Assembly: GCA_965207065.1 (NCBI GenBank)
Contig: OZ242260.1
Coordinates: 2,208,001 to 2,272,000, forward strand
DNA from: a bacterium
GTDB taxonomy: Bacteria; UBA8248
Reading direction: 5' to 3'
DNA: 64,000 bases
In this document: piece by piece, positions 63,943-64,000 of the stretch
How the letters are laid out: each line of letters starts with the position of its first letter
How positions within the stretch are numbered: position 1 is the first letter of the stretch
Translations under genes and position numbers: made by a program
The notes under the pieces: generated by a model
What the model was told of the DNA's origin: nothing
What the model saw: only the letters and a program-made list of their open reading frames with translations
Database searches by the model: none

Positions 63943-64000
63943 AAACCCGTGGCCCTCGAACTCGACTCGTTCGCCAAGTCCCTGGAGGCGGATTCAGGCG

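Noticed and set aside
63949-64000. Possible start of glcE
   Set aside because: Only about 17 codons in the window

Overview
GC-rich bacterial window with two halves. The left half (1-28 kb) is intact: metG, a TatD-radical SAM fusion, patatin, Lhr helicase, cytochrome c', a sugar ABC transporter, and many GTAG-type REP-like palindromes between genes. Its main feature is a tightly packed 10-gene minus-strand operon (22717->11093). The operon joins an AioA-like molybdoenzyme, its Rieske subunit and two di-haem cytochrome c peroxidases, which is the composition of the dissimilatory iodate reductase IdrABP1P2. It also carries a cupredoxin-like protein, a cytochrome c, a GltD/DsrL-like NAD(P) flavo-Fe-S oxidoreductase and a Rieske/cytochrome b/tetrahaem c complex. 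This could be a self-contained iodate-respiration chain and is my best candidate for an undescribed system. The right half (28-64 kb) is an eroding accessory region. It holds five copies (one intact) of a lipoprotein fusing an HExxH zinc-peptidase motif to a TbpB-like barrel, an orphan P450, a polar amino-acid ABC transporter, a TolC/PAS-MFP/MacB-type exporter, small Calx-beta proteins and an ankyrin protein. It also has an ORF-deleted group II intron, IS110/IS256/IS630/IS1595/IS1182 pieces, decayed zur/znuC and glcD, a 12x8-bp tandem repeat, and an acidic protein ending in a domain resembling archaeal/eukaryotic ribosomal protein eL13. All calls come from motif recognition by eye; no searches were run.
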